From: Lama guanicoe
Lineage: Eukaryota
DNA length: 57,956 nt
Direction of reading: 5' to 3'
Assembly: GCA_013239625.1 (NCBI GenBank)
Contig: MU053792.1
Span: 1,360,203-1,418,158, forward strand
The position numbers and the translations under genes were made by a program. The notes beneath the pieces were generated by a model, which did not search any database, was not told where the DNA came from, and was given only the letters and a program-made list of their open reading frames with translations. Shown here in pieces: positions 24,120-36,145 of the stretch. Within the stretch, counting starts at the first letter, position 1, and each line of letters starts with the position of its first letter.

Positions 24120-25839
24120 GTAGAGGTTCCTTTGCTGCTACTCTGTTTTTTTCCTCCTTATCAATAATCTCTACCATTCTGATCCATATTTGATCTGATT
24201 TTCCACTTACAAAAATAGCCTATATATAAAACGGGGTCATCTAAATATGTAATTGTGTAGAAACAGACTATTTCTGCCATCTAAATAACAGGAACTCAGG
24301 GAAGTATTTTCCTGGGTTTTGTTCCTTAATCGACCTAAGTCTCTGTGCCGGTCTTTGGTATGAAGTGGGAAAGTAAATTCAGCTGTGTGCCACGTGACCT
24401 TATGAGCTGGAATAAACGCGAGTGAAATAGCTTAGGAAATATAATAAGCTCAAGGGTTTTGTTTTTTTTGTTTTAATCTATTGGCTTAAATGTAAGTTGC
24501 ACATCCATAGAATGGGAAGGAAACAGTGACTGAGAGAAGGGATATAAGCACACGCTCTCACTAAGCTGATCCGTGTATTGTGTGTTAGTGAGTGCAGGCT
24601 TCTCTGTTTTACTGATCTCTGGACACTTAGAATTCCATCATGGCCACTTTGAGATATTCTTAAGGATACACGTGCTTGCACATAGTCTTGAATCACCACT
24701 TCGGGGTGTTTCTGTTGAGACAGACACTTACATTATATTATTTAATAAAACGTAGTAAGTTTTGACATGTATGATTCTATCATATAGGTAGTATGAACCC
24801 TCAGCAAAAGAAATTCAGTATTTATCTTCAAAGGAGAAAACTTGAGTTTTGAGATGCACTGAATGATTTTAGTTCTAGTAATAGATTTTTAAAATGTGTG
24901 TGTTCTTTTGTGTGAGGTGCAAAGAATGTTAAAGATGGAAATCTGAAGTTTTCTCCTTTAATAGAAGAAGGAGATGAGCCCTGCCCCCAACTTTGCCAAA
25001 GTCACACTTTTAACTTACCGATCAATTTGATGAATTTATTTGGTAGCTTATTAGATTCAGTGTTACAGAATTGTATCATCTCTTTTGACAAGGTAAAATG
25101 CTGGGGAATACTGCTTTAGGGAATTTGGACAAATCATTTAACCTTTCTTGGTTGTGTTCCCGTTTTCAGTAAACAGTGGGGCTAAGGTAGATCACTCATT
25201 ACTCCTATGCCGTCTAGCTATAAAATGGCCATGGTTATTGAATGTGAAATTGGGAAGCATTATTCCTTCTGCAGAATTCCACATAACTGGCAGTTCATCA
25301 GTTTCACTCTGCTCCTTTCGGTAAACTTGTGTTCATATGTTTTATTAAACACCACTTTTTTGATACTCCAGGATCCAAATGAAACAAGAATTATAAAAAG
25401 TAGTGGGGAAAGGATAGCTTTAGCACAGCAAGAAGAATGTTTCCTTTCTGTTACTGAAGCACCAAGGTGTGACATCTTCTAAATCTGGCTGTTTAATACA
25501 AAGTCTAGGTGGTAAAGACAGAAGAGGACAAATTTTATGCCTTTGTCTTTCTATTTCTCTGTCTCTGCCATTCACATGGGGAAGAGTGGATGTAAGAGCA
25601 CAGCATTCAGAAAGTCCTTTTTGAAATTTTGGAAATTCTGTTTCTTTTCCACAAACAGAAAGAAGCAGAATTTACAAACATTCCAATGTCTTGAAATGAT
25701 AAAAATTAAAATAAGCACAAAAATATTTTAATCAATTGAAATCAGGGCAAACTCTGAGTCAAATGATTAAGTGAATGATAACAAAGTCTTTATAATGAAT
25801 AAAGTAATAATTACCCTTTTTATCAAACTTTCCCTGAAG

Positions 25840-25994
25840 GTTGAAGTAGAAGAGAACAGAAGCAAAAGTGGTGAACTGAAAGGATCAGAAACCGTATGTG
25901 ATGGCAGTTATCATGAAGGATTAACTCAGCAGAGGAAGAGGGGAAAAACTGATGAACAGCAGTTTCCTGCTCTGCAGAAAGGAGATTCTGATAG
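25840..25994 (+). CDS. ANKRD26-like: ANKRD26-like exon (VEVEENRSKSGELKGSETVCDG...QRKRGKTDEQQFPALQKGDSD)
   Basis: ctgaag| ... |gtaagc; 155 nt; phase 0-2. Confidence 0.92.
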
Positions 25995-26486
25995 GTAAGC
26001 CTGTATCAGTGTTCAGCAGTAGGTAATTATTATTTTCCTAGAAATTGTTCAGAATTTCTTCCCAGACTCATCTCTCTACTTGCTTCCATATATTTTATAC
26101 TCTTCCTTCCAGGTTCCTAGGACATACCTAAATGCCATGTGCCTAATCTTTGTGCTCACATTCTAATCTCTTAAGTAGAATAATTTCCTCCTGTCTCTTT
26201 TGCTCATGACTTCCTGTTTATTTCCCCTCTTCTGTAAAGCCTTCCTTATGCTCACTTTGCTTTCGTATGTCAGCTCTTGCGTATCACATTGTATCATAAT
26301 TGTGTATCTGTCTTTGAAGCAAGAATTTGTGTTTCCTTGCATATGGTTGGCCCTTGTTAACCATTTTGTGAATTAATAAATGATTGAAGATGGGTAAGAG
26401 TTGGAATTTTACAAAAATTGGGGTTTTTTTTAATCAGTAGAATTATTTTTTAAAAATTGGCTTTTTTATGGATTGTTTTAAAGTAG

Positions 26487-26654
26487 CTGTCCTGGCTTGC
26501 ATATGAAGGGAGTAAAGAAGAATGAAAGTGGAAAACGGACATTAAAAGCATCTGTGACTTCACGTGTATTTGCAAAGACCACCTCACTGGCTGGTGGTCT
26601 CCTACACGTGAATGACAACAGCGGTTTAAGTGAAGGAGATCAAGGTTGTGGCAG
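26487..26654 (+). CDS. ANKRD26-like: ANKRD26-like exon (CPGLHMKGVKKNESGKRT...LAGGLLHVNDNSGLSEGDQGCG)
   Basis: AAGTAG tandem acceptor (start 26484 or 26487) ... |gtaaaa; phase 2-2. Confidence 0.9.
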
Positions 26655-27688
26655 GTAAAACCTACAAATTCTTTATTTCTAGCTGAAGACGTATTAGCAG
26701 TGATTACCTTCTCTGGAAATAGAACAGCAGCATATAGTGCAAAGGCCAAGGCAAGAGAATTCTCAACTGTGTTGGAGGAACACTGCCGAAAGGCTAAGAT
26801 GAGGACAAGTGCCTTTGACCTTAAGTAGTTTCAATAATATGTCCCCATGGAAGCCGGGCTGCAGTGAATCAGTGTGAACAGCCCCTCAGAGGACATTCCC
26901 TGGGAAGGCAGGAGAGGACTGGGTGATAACTGATGGGAAACGTGGGGCTCGTGGGGGTTCCCTTTCTTTTTTTAATGATGAGATGATTGTTTGTAGAGGA
27001 TGTCTCTATGCTGTTGGATGCGATTCCATAGATGTGTTTTTCAATTTAACTTTGGATTTCTGATATTAGATAGTGTATTGATGGTACTATATTATCTTTA
27101 AAATATTGTAGTAAACTATTCATGTATGGTATTGTTGTAAGGGCTTATTCATTAGTTCTGAAGCGTAATATTCTTACACAATTGAATATGCAGATAATGA
27201 CTTTAAAGTTACACCGTTGTCCATAGATTTTTTAAAAATTGTATACTCAGAATAACTATACAAACACTTAGGCCATACTGAATAGGGTTTAATCATTCCT
27301 TGATGATTCTAGATTTTATAATGTCCTTGACAGTATCATCACGAGTGGCTATGGTTTTGTATGCTATTGCAAAATACCAGATTATATTATCTTAATATTT
27401 GTTTAGATTTTAGGAAGAAGGGGAAGATTTTGTTTACATACAATAGAATAATAAACTATTAACAATCTATCACAGGTGATTACTTTTGGATTACTAAGTT
27501 CTAAATTAAAAAAGCCATTATGCTCCATAAGGACCTGTGAAATGCATGAACACAACAGCTGAATGGATAATGAATGCCCGCTGATTAATGTCTTTAGCGA
27601 AAGCAAATCTTTATTAAAAGTAGATTTCCAGTATTGCCTAGGTCTAAAGTCTTTTTAAAAAATAGGTGTTAAGATTCAGAAATTATTA

Positions 27689-28313
27689 TTATTTTAACTT
27701 TTTTTTATTGAGTCATAGTCGTTTTGCAATGTTGTGTCAAGTTCCAGTGTAGAGCACAATTTTTCAGTTATACATGAACATACATATATTCATTGTCATA
27801 TTTTTTTGCTGTGAGCTACCGTAAGATCTTACATATATTTCCCTGTGCTGTAGAGTATAATCTTGTTTATCTATTCTACATTTTGAAATCTCAGTCTGTC
27901 CCTTCCCACCCTCCTCCCCCTTGGCAACCACAAGTTTGTATTCTATGTCTATAAGTCTGTTTCTGTTTTGTGTTTATGCTTTGTTTTTTTGTTTTCGTTT
28001 TTGTTTTTGTTTTTGTTTTTTAGATTCCACATATGAGTGATCTCATAGGTTTTTTCTTTCTCTTTGTGGCTTACTTCACTTAGAATGACATTCTCCAGGA
28101 GCATCCATGTTGCTGCAAATGGCGTTATGTTGTCGGTTTTTATGGCTGAATAGTATTCCATTGTATAAATACACCTACCACCTCTTCTTTATCCAGTCAT
28201 CTGTCGATGGACATTTAGGCTGTTTCCATGTCTTGGCTATTGTAAATAGTGCTGCTATGAACATTGGGGTGCAGGTGTCATTTTGAAGTAGAGTTCCTTC
28301 TGGACATATGCCC
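27689..28313 (-). mobile_element. 5'-truncated lineage-specific L1 (ORF2 C-terminus plus 3' UTR)
   Basis: ORF 27949..28161 MEYYSAIK...PFAATWMLLENVILSEVS is the L1 ORF2 end; perfect TSD cagaaattatta at 27677-27688 and 28314-28325. Confidence 0.92.
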
Positions 28314-28409
28314 CAGAAATTATTACATATAATTATACCTAGACATAGAATAATAATAGAGATTCATTTACTACATTAGTTAAAAATACTTAAAAATAAA
28401 TATTAATTT

Positions 28410-28630
28410 CTTAGCGTAGTGTGAAATGCAAGTATTGAAGCCAGATTGCCTGGGTTGGAATTCTGGGCAGGCATAGGGGCTTCGACAAATGACTTAGACT
28501 TTCTGTGCCTCATTTTCTTCCTGGGTAAAGTACCTGATGTATTACCTACCTCCCAGGATTGTTGTGAGGATTAAAATGTCTTTAAGACATGTAAAGTGCT
28601 GATAATAATGCACAGCAGTTGCACACTAAG
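28410..28630 (+). mobile_element. MIR SINE
   Basis: tgaagccagattgcctgggtt...tttctgtgcctcattttcttc...acctacctcccaggattgttgtgaggattaaa...gtaaagtgct. Confidence 0.75.
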
Positions 28631-29039
28631 TTTTCAAAAAAGCTGATGTCATGGTTATTAGAAAAGGGTTTCTTTCATATAAGGACTTAAGTAATACTTT
28701 CCAAATACTTTTATTGCCATAAAAGCCAGTTTTTATTGCAAAAGACAACAACAAGAAAATCCTGGTATATTTTTTCCTTTCAAATAATACAAGTAATTTT
28801 ATGTTCTTCCTTTTCCTTTCCTTGTCTGCTTGATTTAAATTTAATACTTTGTTAATAATATAATTGATATGCTTTCTTTGTCCTTTAATGTTACTGTTTC
28901 CATTTTTTGTTTAATCCCTTTTATTGAAAATTTAATTATCAATGCAAAGATGTTATATAAAAAATAATAGATTTACATACATCTTGCATTTTCAATATTT
29001 AGTATTTGGCTTTAATGAATTGCTTGTTTCTTTTTTCAG

Positions 29040-29073
29040 GTCTTCAAAGAAAACGTCTACTAAAAAAGACAAG
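29040..29073 (+). CDS. ANKRD26-like: ANKRD26-like 34-nt exon (SSKKTSTKKDK)
   Basis: tttcag| ... |gtatag; phase 2-0. Confidence 0.9.
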
Positions 29074-29356
29074 GTATAGTAAAATATTAATCATAAAAAT
29101 ATTTTCCTGTAGTAAGAAAAATTTATAAAAGATAGAGTGGGAAAACAGAAAATCCTCCTTTGTTGTAGAGACGTTTACTTAAAAATAATATAGAAACATG
29201 ATTGACAAAGTTAGCCTTTTGACAAAAATCAGTTCTTTGGAGAAGTGTTTTTTTTTTTTTGCTCTCATAAAAAGATGGATATTTATCACCTCTGTACACT
29301 GAGCATATTTTATAACTATGTTGGAGACAGTGTGAAATAGCATTATTTATTTGTAG

Positions 29357-29498
29357 GTCAAAGAGCAGCTTAATTCTGTTGATGACCTCGGTGACTCATC
29401 TCTGGCACTGGAAACAGCTTCTGAGGATCGCAAGTCGCTTTACCCTAACTGTAAGAATACCCTGAGGCTAATCGAACAACTTGGCCCGGAGAGGAAAG
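29357..29498 (+). CDS. ANKRD26-like: ANKRD26-like exon (VKEQLNSVDDLGDSSLALETASEDRKSLYPNCKNTLRLIEQLGPERK)
   Basis: ttgtag| ... |gtagga; 142 nt; phase 0-1. Confidence 0.92.
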
Positions 29499-29934
29499 GT
29501 AGGACCCCCGTATGACTACACAGCCTTTTTAAGTTATCTGGCGGTAACCTGTGCACACCTAGTACTGCCCCAGGGAGCACGGATATGTTACAGTCTGCTG
29601 CGTCTCAGAAACCTGCTTTGTGTTAAAGCAGAATCAGACGTGTGTGCTGCCAGCCAGGAGCTGTGGCTGTTCCCTCTCCCTGAGCTTTCTGTTGACTCTG
29701 CTGCTCCTACGCCTTCACCCAAGGTCAGGGTATCACTACTTCCCTCCTAGAACGCTGAAATCACCTCAGGAATTTCTTCTCCACTGTTCCATCTCCTGGA
29801 ACCTTGGTCTACACCGCAACCGTGATTACTAGACAGTTTTTAAAATTCAGGTCTTTGTTACCTCCTTGCCTAAAATCCAGCTCCTGCTTCTCGTAGCTCC
29901 ATAGTTAAAGGCCACAGTCCTCTGGCTTCATCTT

Positions 29935-31500
29935 GTTTCCTTTTATTACCCTTCTTTCCACATGAATTTTAGAATTGGCTTGTCAATGTAAAAAAAAAGT
30001 CTGCTAGTGTCCTGGAAATGAGATGTAGATTATGTTGAATCTGTAGATTAATTTGGGGAGAATTGACTTCTTAACAGTATGGAATTTTTAACCCCAAACA
30101 AAGTTTATTTCTCCATTTATATAGGTCTTCCTTGATTTTCTCAGTAATATTTTAGAGTTTTTAGTGTCTGGATCTTTCTGTCTTTTATGAGTTTACCTGT
30201 ATTTCTTACTTTTCAGTGCGGTTATAAGTAGTATGTTTTTACTTATTTGTTTTAAAATAATATATTTTAAATTTTAGTTTCTGATGATAGAAATACAGCT
30301 GATTTCTTTGTGCTGACTCTCTGCCCTCCAACCTGGCTGAACACATTGATTAGTTCTAGTAGCCTTTTTATGGATTCTCTCAGATTTTCCACGTAACCAA
30401 AGGTGGTCAAGCTTTTTCTTCTTTAAACAACTGTGTTACTAAGGATAGTTCACATTTAAGACTTGCAGCCAATAAATACATTCTCTGTCACAGCTAATCA
30501 GCTCTGTCACTGTTGCAACAAGAGTAGCCATAGACAGTACACAAGTTAATGGACGTGGCTCTATTTCAGTAAAAGTTTATTTACCAAAGCAAGCAACTCG
30601 GACCACAGGTTGGAGTTAGCTGACTCGCACCATGTGATCATATTCCCTGCTGATTAGCAGACAGTTTTACCTCTTCATTTCCCATCCAGATGCCTTTTGG
30701 TTCTTTATTTTGTCTGATTGCACTGGCTCTAGTACAGTGCTGAATAGAAGAAGAGAAGCCACTCCTGTCTGGTTCCTCACCTTCTGGGAAAAGCATTCCG
30801 TTTTTCACCGTTGCATATGGTGTCAGCTGTAGGCTTAGCACAGATCTTTGTCATAGTGAAGACGTTCCCTTGGTTCCTAGTTTGCTGGAAGTTTTTATCA
30901 GTAATAGATGTTGAGGTTTGGCAAGTGCTTCTTTTTATCCACTGACATGATCATATGGTTTCTTTTTTAGTTTGTTAATATGATGAATAACATTGATTTT
31001 TACGTGTTAAAACAGCCCTGCATTCTTGGGATACACCCAACTTGGTCACGATGAATTATCCTCTATTGTTGGATTTTTTTCGCTAATGTTTTGTTTAGAA
31101 TTTTTACCTCCATTTTCATGACATCAGTTTTCTTTCTTGTAATATCTTTGTCTGGTTTTGGATTCAGGGTAAGGATAATGCCAGTTTTATAGAATGAGGA
31201 CATATTTCTTCCTCTTCATTTTTTGAGGAAAATTTGTGTAGAATTGGTATTAAATTTTCCTAAAACATTTGTTAGAATTCACCAGTGTAACCATTGGGAC
31301 TGGAATTGTCTTTGTCGTAAGGTATTTAAGTAGGACTTTTGTTCTGGTTTTTAAGATACAGGGCTTTTTAGCTTATTTGTTCTTTCTTAATTGAGCTTTT
31401 GCAATTTCTCCCTTTCAAGGAATTTTACCCACTTCCTCTGAATTGTCAAAGTTATTTGCATAATGTTCATAATATTACTTTGTCATTCTTTTAATATCTG
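29935..31500 (-). mobile_element. Old L1 ORF2 fragment (degenerate), interrupted by a MER58-like insertion
   Basis: ttccacatgaattttagaattggcttgtcaa...gttgaatctgtagattaatttggggagaattgac; minus-strand KGIWMGNEEVKLS resembles L1 RT KGIQIGKEEVKLS. Confidence 0.85.
30400..30632 (+). mobile_element. MER58-like DNA transposon nested in L1
   Basis: ctctgtcacagcta.tcagctctgtcactgt...agccatagacagtac...aatggacgtggct...taaaagtttatttac. Confidence 0.7.
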
Positions 31501-31648
31501 CAGAGCTTAGAAGAATGTCTTCCATGTTATAGATGCTCAATATCCATTTGTTCAATGTAGAGATGAATGAATGTGAAAATGCATAGTCCTTTATACACAA
31601 AAATTATTCATTAAGTTTGTTTCTATTTTTGTCTTCTTCCTAATGCAG

Positions 31649-31859
31649 ATTCTGATAGGTTATTGAAAATTCAGGATCCAGTTCATTCATTCAGATCAAC
31701 AGAACTTAAAGAATCTGACTGTGCACTACTTAGAGGAAAACTTAGAGAAATGGAAAATAAGGTGAACTGGCTACACACAGAGCTGCTGAAAACAAGAGAA
31801 GAAAAATCACAGTTAAAACTTCAAAATGTGGAGTGGGAACGAGAGCTCCGCCGCATGAG
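31649..31859 (+). CDS. ANKRD26-like: ANKRD26-like coiled-coil exon (SDRLLKIQDPVHS...VEWERELRRM)
   Basis: atgcag| ... |gtactg; 211 nt; phase 1-2; ORF 31663..31866. Confidence 0.93.
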
Positions 31860-32814
31860 GTACTGAATTTCTTGGTTTTAAAGAACTCTTTATATTTACT
31901 TTAATACTGTAGGTATGTAGGAGAAGTGTTATGATTGCTAACTTACCTTTTGGGATTTTACAGGGGAGAAAATTTCATTAATATTGTGGAATATGAGACT
32001 CTTGGAAATAACACAGCCCTATATATATATATATATCTCCTCATTCTATATATTTCTTTAAAAAAAATCTTTGATCCTTATCTCTCAATTGTCCTCCAGA
32101 AAGTTTATATTACTTTACATTCCCACTTGCAGAATTATGAAATGACCATTTTTCTCAAGGTAGAAACTTTAAAAAAAAATTATGCAGTTTGATTCTGAAC
32201 GTATGAATGGATGGACTAAAAAGTAAAGTGGAAAGTGATTACTGGTTAGTTTATTCAGCATCTCTCTCCTGCAGAGATAAGATTAGTTCCAAGGTCTATG
32301 CTGAAAGCATGGATTACTCTTTATTTTTTAATTACTTACTATGGATCCTGCCTTGTACCAAAAGGGATTTAAAAATGATTTACTAAATAAATAATATTCA
32401 ACAAGGTAAGTTGAAAGTGTTGCAAAAGAAGAAACATAGTGTAGGGCATCAGGGAGTAGACTCCCCAGCCTCGCCTTGGATTATGCTAATTAGCGGGTCT
32501 GTGTTCTGGAAAAGATGCCTGTGGATGTTACCTTCCGCTGGAGATCATGTAGGAGTCCCTGTAATACTTCATGAAGTTGAAATTTTATCTCTCATGAACT
32601 TACAAACTTGTTTCTAAATAGCAACTTCTCTTTTAACTAGTAACTAAATTCTCTGTCCCAATGAAGGAGTAATTTATGACTATGTGGGGGAAAAAGGTTA
32701 ATTTTCAATTCAAACCTTACTGAACAATTGCAAAATTTCTTTCCTACACTGTTGACCAGAGTTACTCTTGACTGAAACTCAGTAGCATTGTGTCTTTTCA
32801 TTGCTACTTTTCAA

Positions 32815-32840
32815 GTGTGTGTGTGTGTGTGTGTGTGTGT
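32815..32840. repeat. (GT)n microsatellite
   Basis: About 13 perfect GT units seen directly. Confidence 0.95.
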
Positions 32841-33016
32841 ATCTTTATGAAGAGATTGAAGTGAGAAATTTAAAATGTGAGACTTAGAAATGAAAAAAAA
32901 AAGAGAACATAGAAATTCCGTTGGGGTAATAAATCAGCATGTGAAGAACCATATCATAAAATGAACTTTTTACTTTCTAACAAAACAAATTTTAAGATAA
33001 GCATGTTTCACTGCAG

Positions 33017-33200
33017 ATTCACATTAAAACAAGAAACAAAGAAGAATAAAAATGCTTATACATTATATGAAAAATCTAAGGATGATTTAAAAAGAAAAGA
33101 GAAACAATACGATGAGCAAGTTTACCTGAAACAACAACTTGAAAGCACTGCCCGAGGACTGGAATGCAAACTGAAGAGCGTAAGGAATAAACCAAATCAG
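33017..33200 (+). CDS. ANKRD26-like: ANKRD26-like coiled-coil exon (FTLKQETKKNKNAYTLYEK...KSVRNKPNQ)
   Basis: ctgcag| ... |gtaaat; 184 nt; phase 2-0. Confidence 0.93.
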
Positions 33201-33600
33201 GTAAATTGATCTTAACTTGAAAGCTTCATATCTCTAAAACTGTTTCGTCAATATTGTTTATAATATTCTTTTGAATTAATCTGTATTTTCATTTAAAACA
33301 AAAGTTATCTCATCTTAAATATGAACTATGACATTTAGAGCTTAATTTACTAATTTCTTGGTGTTCTTGGTATCTAATAGATGCTCTGTGTCTTTTCTGA
33401 ATGAAGGAATGGAAGTTAAATTGAGCTTAATCACTAACATAAGGATTGATGATTTTGGTCCATTCAACAAAGTAACAAGTCTAATTCAAATCCATGTGTT
33501 AATTTTGGCTCTTTGAAGTTAAAATCCAGGCTAAATTGCCTCGAGGCTAGATGGAACTGGTTAAATGCCTTATAAAGAAATTTTCTGTCACGGGAATTTC

Positions 33601-33815
33601 AAAATTTGTAGATGCTGACAGGCATATGCAGAATAGATAAAACAAGATTATATTGTATAGCACAGGGAAATATATACAAGATCTTTTGGTAGCTCACAAA
33701 AAAAAGTCACAATGAATATATATATGTTCATGTACAACTGAAAAATTGTGCTCTACACTGGAATTTGACACAGTATTGTAAAATGACTATAACTGAATTT
33801 AAAAAGAGTAAAAAA
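33601..33815 (+). mobile_element. L1 3' end fragment, same subfamily as 27689-28313 in the opposite orientation
   Basis: agaatagataaaacaagattata...agcacagggaaatatat...aactgaaaaattgtgctctacactggaa is the reverse complement of 27700-27880; A-rich tail. Confidence 0.85.
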
Positions 33816-34044
33816 GTTTTTCTTTCATGATACTACATCCCTTGTGTTTTTGCTCTGTGATAAATTTAGCTGTCATGTATATTAGAATTTGAGTTATTTA
33901 TGTGCATTAAAGGTCCCTGTGCTTAAAAAGGCTACTTCTTTTTAACAGGTTTAAAAAAAATTTTTTTAAAGATTCCCCTCCTAAGCTTTTTTTGACTTTT
34001 TTTTCATGGTATAAAACCCAAAACCTAATGAAATATGTCTCCAG

Positions 34045-34182
34045 GTTTTAGAAGAGCGAAATGACGCTCAGAGACAACTTTCTCGAGAGCAGAATGCCAG
34101 AGTAATGCAAGATGAAATCCTGTCCCATCATCTTTCCCAACAAAAGGAGGCAGAAAAGGCTAATAAGAAAATGAATGCTGAG
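34045..34182 (+). CDS. ANKRD26-like: ANKRD26-like coiled-coil exon ([46 protein letters not shown])
   Basis: ctccag| ... |gtattt; 138 nt; phase 0-0; very close to ANKRD26 [16 protein letters not shown]. Confidence 0.95.
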
Positions 34183-35578
34183 GTATTTTCTTTAGTCATC
34201 TTCAAACATGTGTGTGTATGAATTTGTATACTTACATAGTTTGAAAACCAATACTGTAGGTACAGAAAGTATAGAGGGTTTTAAAAGCCTATATATGTAA
34301 ATATATTTTCTGGAGGTTTCATTTCCGGTCTATTGGATAAAGCGATATTTTGAATTCAAGTCCACTTGCCGGCAACAGTGACGTAGTGACATTCACAGTG
34401 GCCTCATCCAAGGAGAGGCTGTTAATATTGTCCATAGGAATTGATGAACTTTCCATTATCTCAAAACTGTTGCTACTAACGACAGGCATTCCAGTTTCTG
34501 GCAGTGATCTCACTCCTTTGATAGACGAATGGAGAGGTTACTTTATCATTTCCACTGATGGTAAGGAGGAAAAAGTATAGCCAGTTCAGAAACCGTAGTT
34601 TGGGTGTCATTCTCCTACATGTGATAAAAAGTAACGCTCTGCTGCATGTGGTATCCGATTTCAGTACAAGGAGCTTTCGTATACAGTGATACATATGCCA
34701 TAATCTATACTTAGTGATAATTTATTGATCAGTATTTTATTTTTAATAAAACAGTTCACTGTATTTGCCTGCTATTTCACATCCATTACTGTTATAAACA
34801 CCATGAAGAAGAAATAAAAATTATTGCAGAAGCAAATAGTCTCCTGCTTTTCTAAGAAGAGCTCTGCAAATTTGACCTTCTTTAGCTTTAGTGTATTCAC
34901 CATTAGGGAAATAGAAGGCTTCTCTTGTGTTTATGTATTTATCCTAGAGAAGTAGCTTTGGTTTGATGTAAGTCAGAGAATCAGAAGCCCTGGGGAAAAC
35001 CCTGCAGCTTGCTTGTGTTTTTAACCCTTTATTCCAGAATTGTCACAGCTAAATGAGTTAACTGATGTTTGTAGACGTGCTTAGTACAGTGCTTAGATTT
35101 ATCATTTATCCGTAGATGTAATTCTTATAACTCGCTCTAAAAATGTTAGAAAGGGAGAATATTTATGGAATATTCTCAGGAAAGAATTTTTTAGGAAATC
35201 TAACCTGTCCCAATTTATACAGAGCTAAGGCTCTTACTTTGGGGGTAGCTGTAAAGGTTAGATGTCAGATATAATTTTTAAGTGTAGTCAAATTTATTCA
35301 TTTTTTATTTTAAGCCTTTTGGGTTTGTTGTATTTCAGAGAAAGAAAGGCCTTTCCGATTCTGAGCTTCTTAAACATCCTTTTGTGGTTTCTTTTTTACT
35401 TTCATGGATTCACTGTCTTTAATTAAATTTTTGAACTTTGGGGTATTTCTGGTTGTTTAAAGTTTGAGATTTGTATCCACCTTAAGTTTTTCCAGTTGGA
35501 TACCCAGTTACTGCAAACTTTTTGTTGTATAAACTTAGAGATTAGTCTTTCACTTCAATGGAAATTATGATATGTCAG

Positions 35579-36145
35579 TACATATCATTGCGTACAGTTC
35601 AAAGAGTAAGAGATGAGGGGTTTCACTTACAGGACACAATGGATTTTGAGCTGTCTGACCCAAAAGATAGCAGCGAGGTGCTTCCTCAGCAACTTCCCAA
35701 AGCTGAACATCAATTCCGTGGCCCAGAAATTGAGCTCCATCCCAGGAGAGATGCTCTTAGACCAACGACGTTGGTATTAGAATGTGTGAATAGAGACCGA
35801 GGCCAAGCCCAGCGTTCAAACAAGGAAACTGAACCCTTGTCTCAGAGCAAACAAGGAGACATCAACAGATACATTGGAAAGCAGGCATTCTTGAAGGAGA
35901 CAATATGTAAACTACAAAGTGAAAACACGTTGCTTCGACAGCAACTAGAAGTGGCTCAAAATAAAGCCAGAAGTGAAAAGACAATATTTAATACCCCAGA
36001 GCCATTTCTGGATCACACGGGAAAACTTGAAGCCATGAGCAGACGAGTTCTGAAGCTGGAGGAAGGAAACATGGAGTTAATTAAAGAATGCAGACGTTTA
36101 AAGGACAGACTGTGTCAGTATGAAACGGACAGAGCAGAAATGGAA
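35579..36145 (+). CDS. ANKRD26-like: ANKRD26-like large coiled-coil exon (CCDC144C-type domain), 5' part missing; acceptor uncertain
   Basis: ORF 35558..36169 (QRVRDE...YIGKQ...LQSENTLLRQQLE...ETDRAEME); donor gaa|gtaagt at 36145. In-frame acceptors give starts at 35579 or 35633. Confidence 0.8.
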
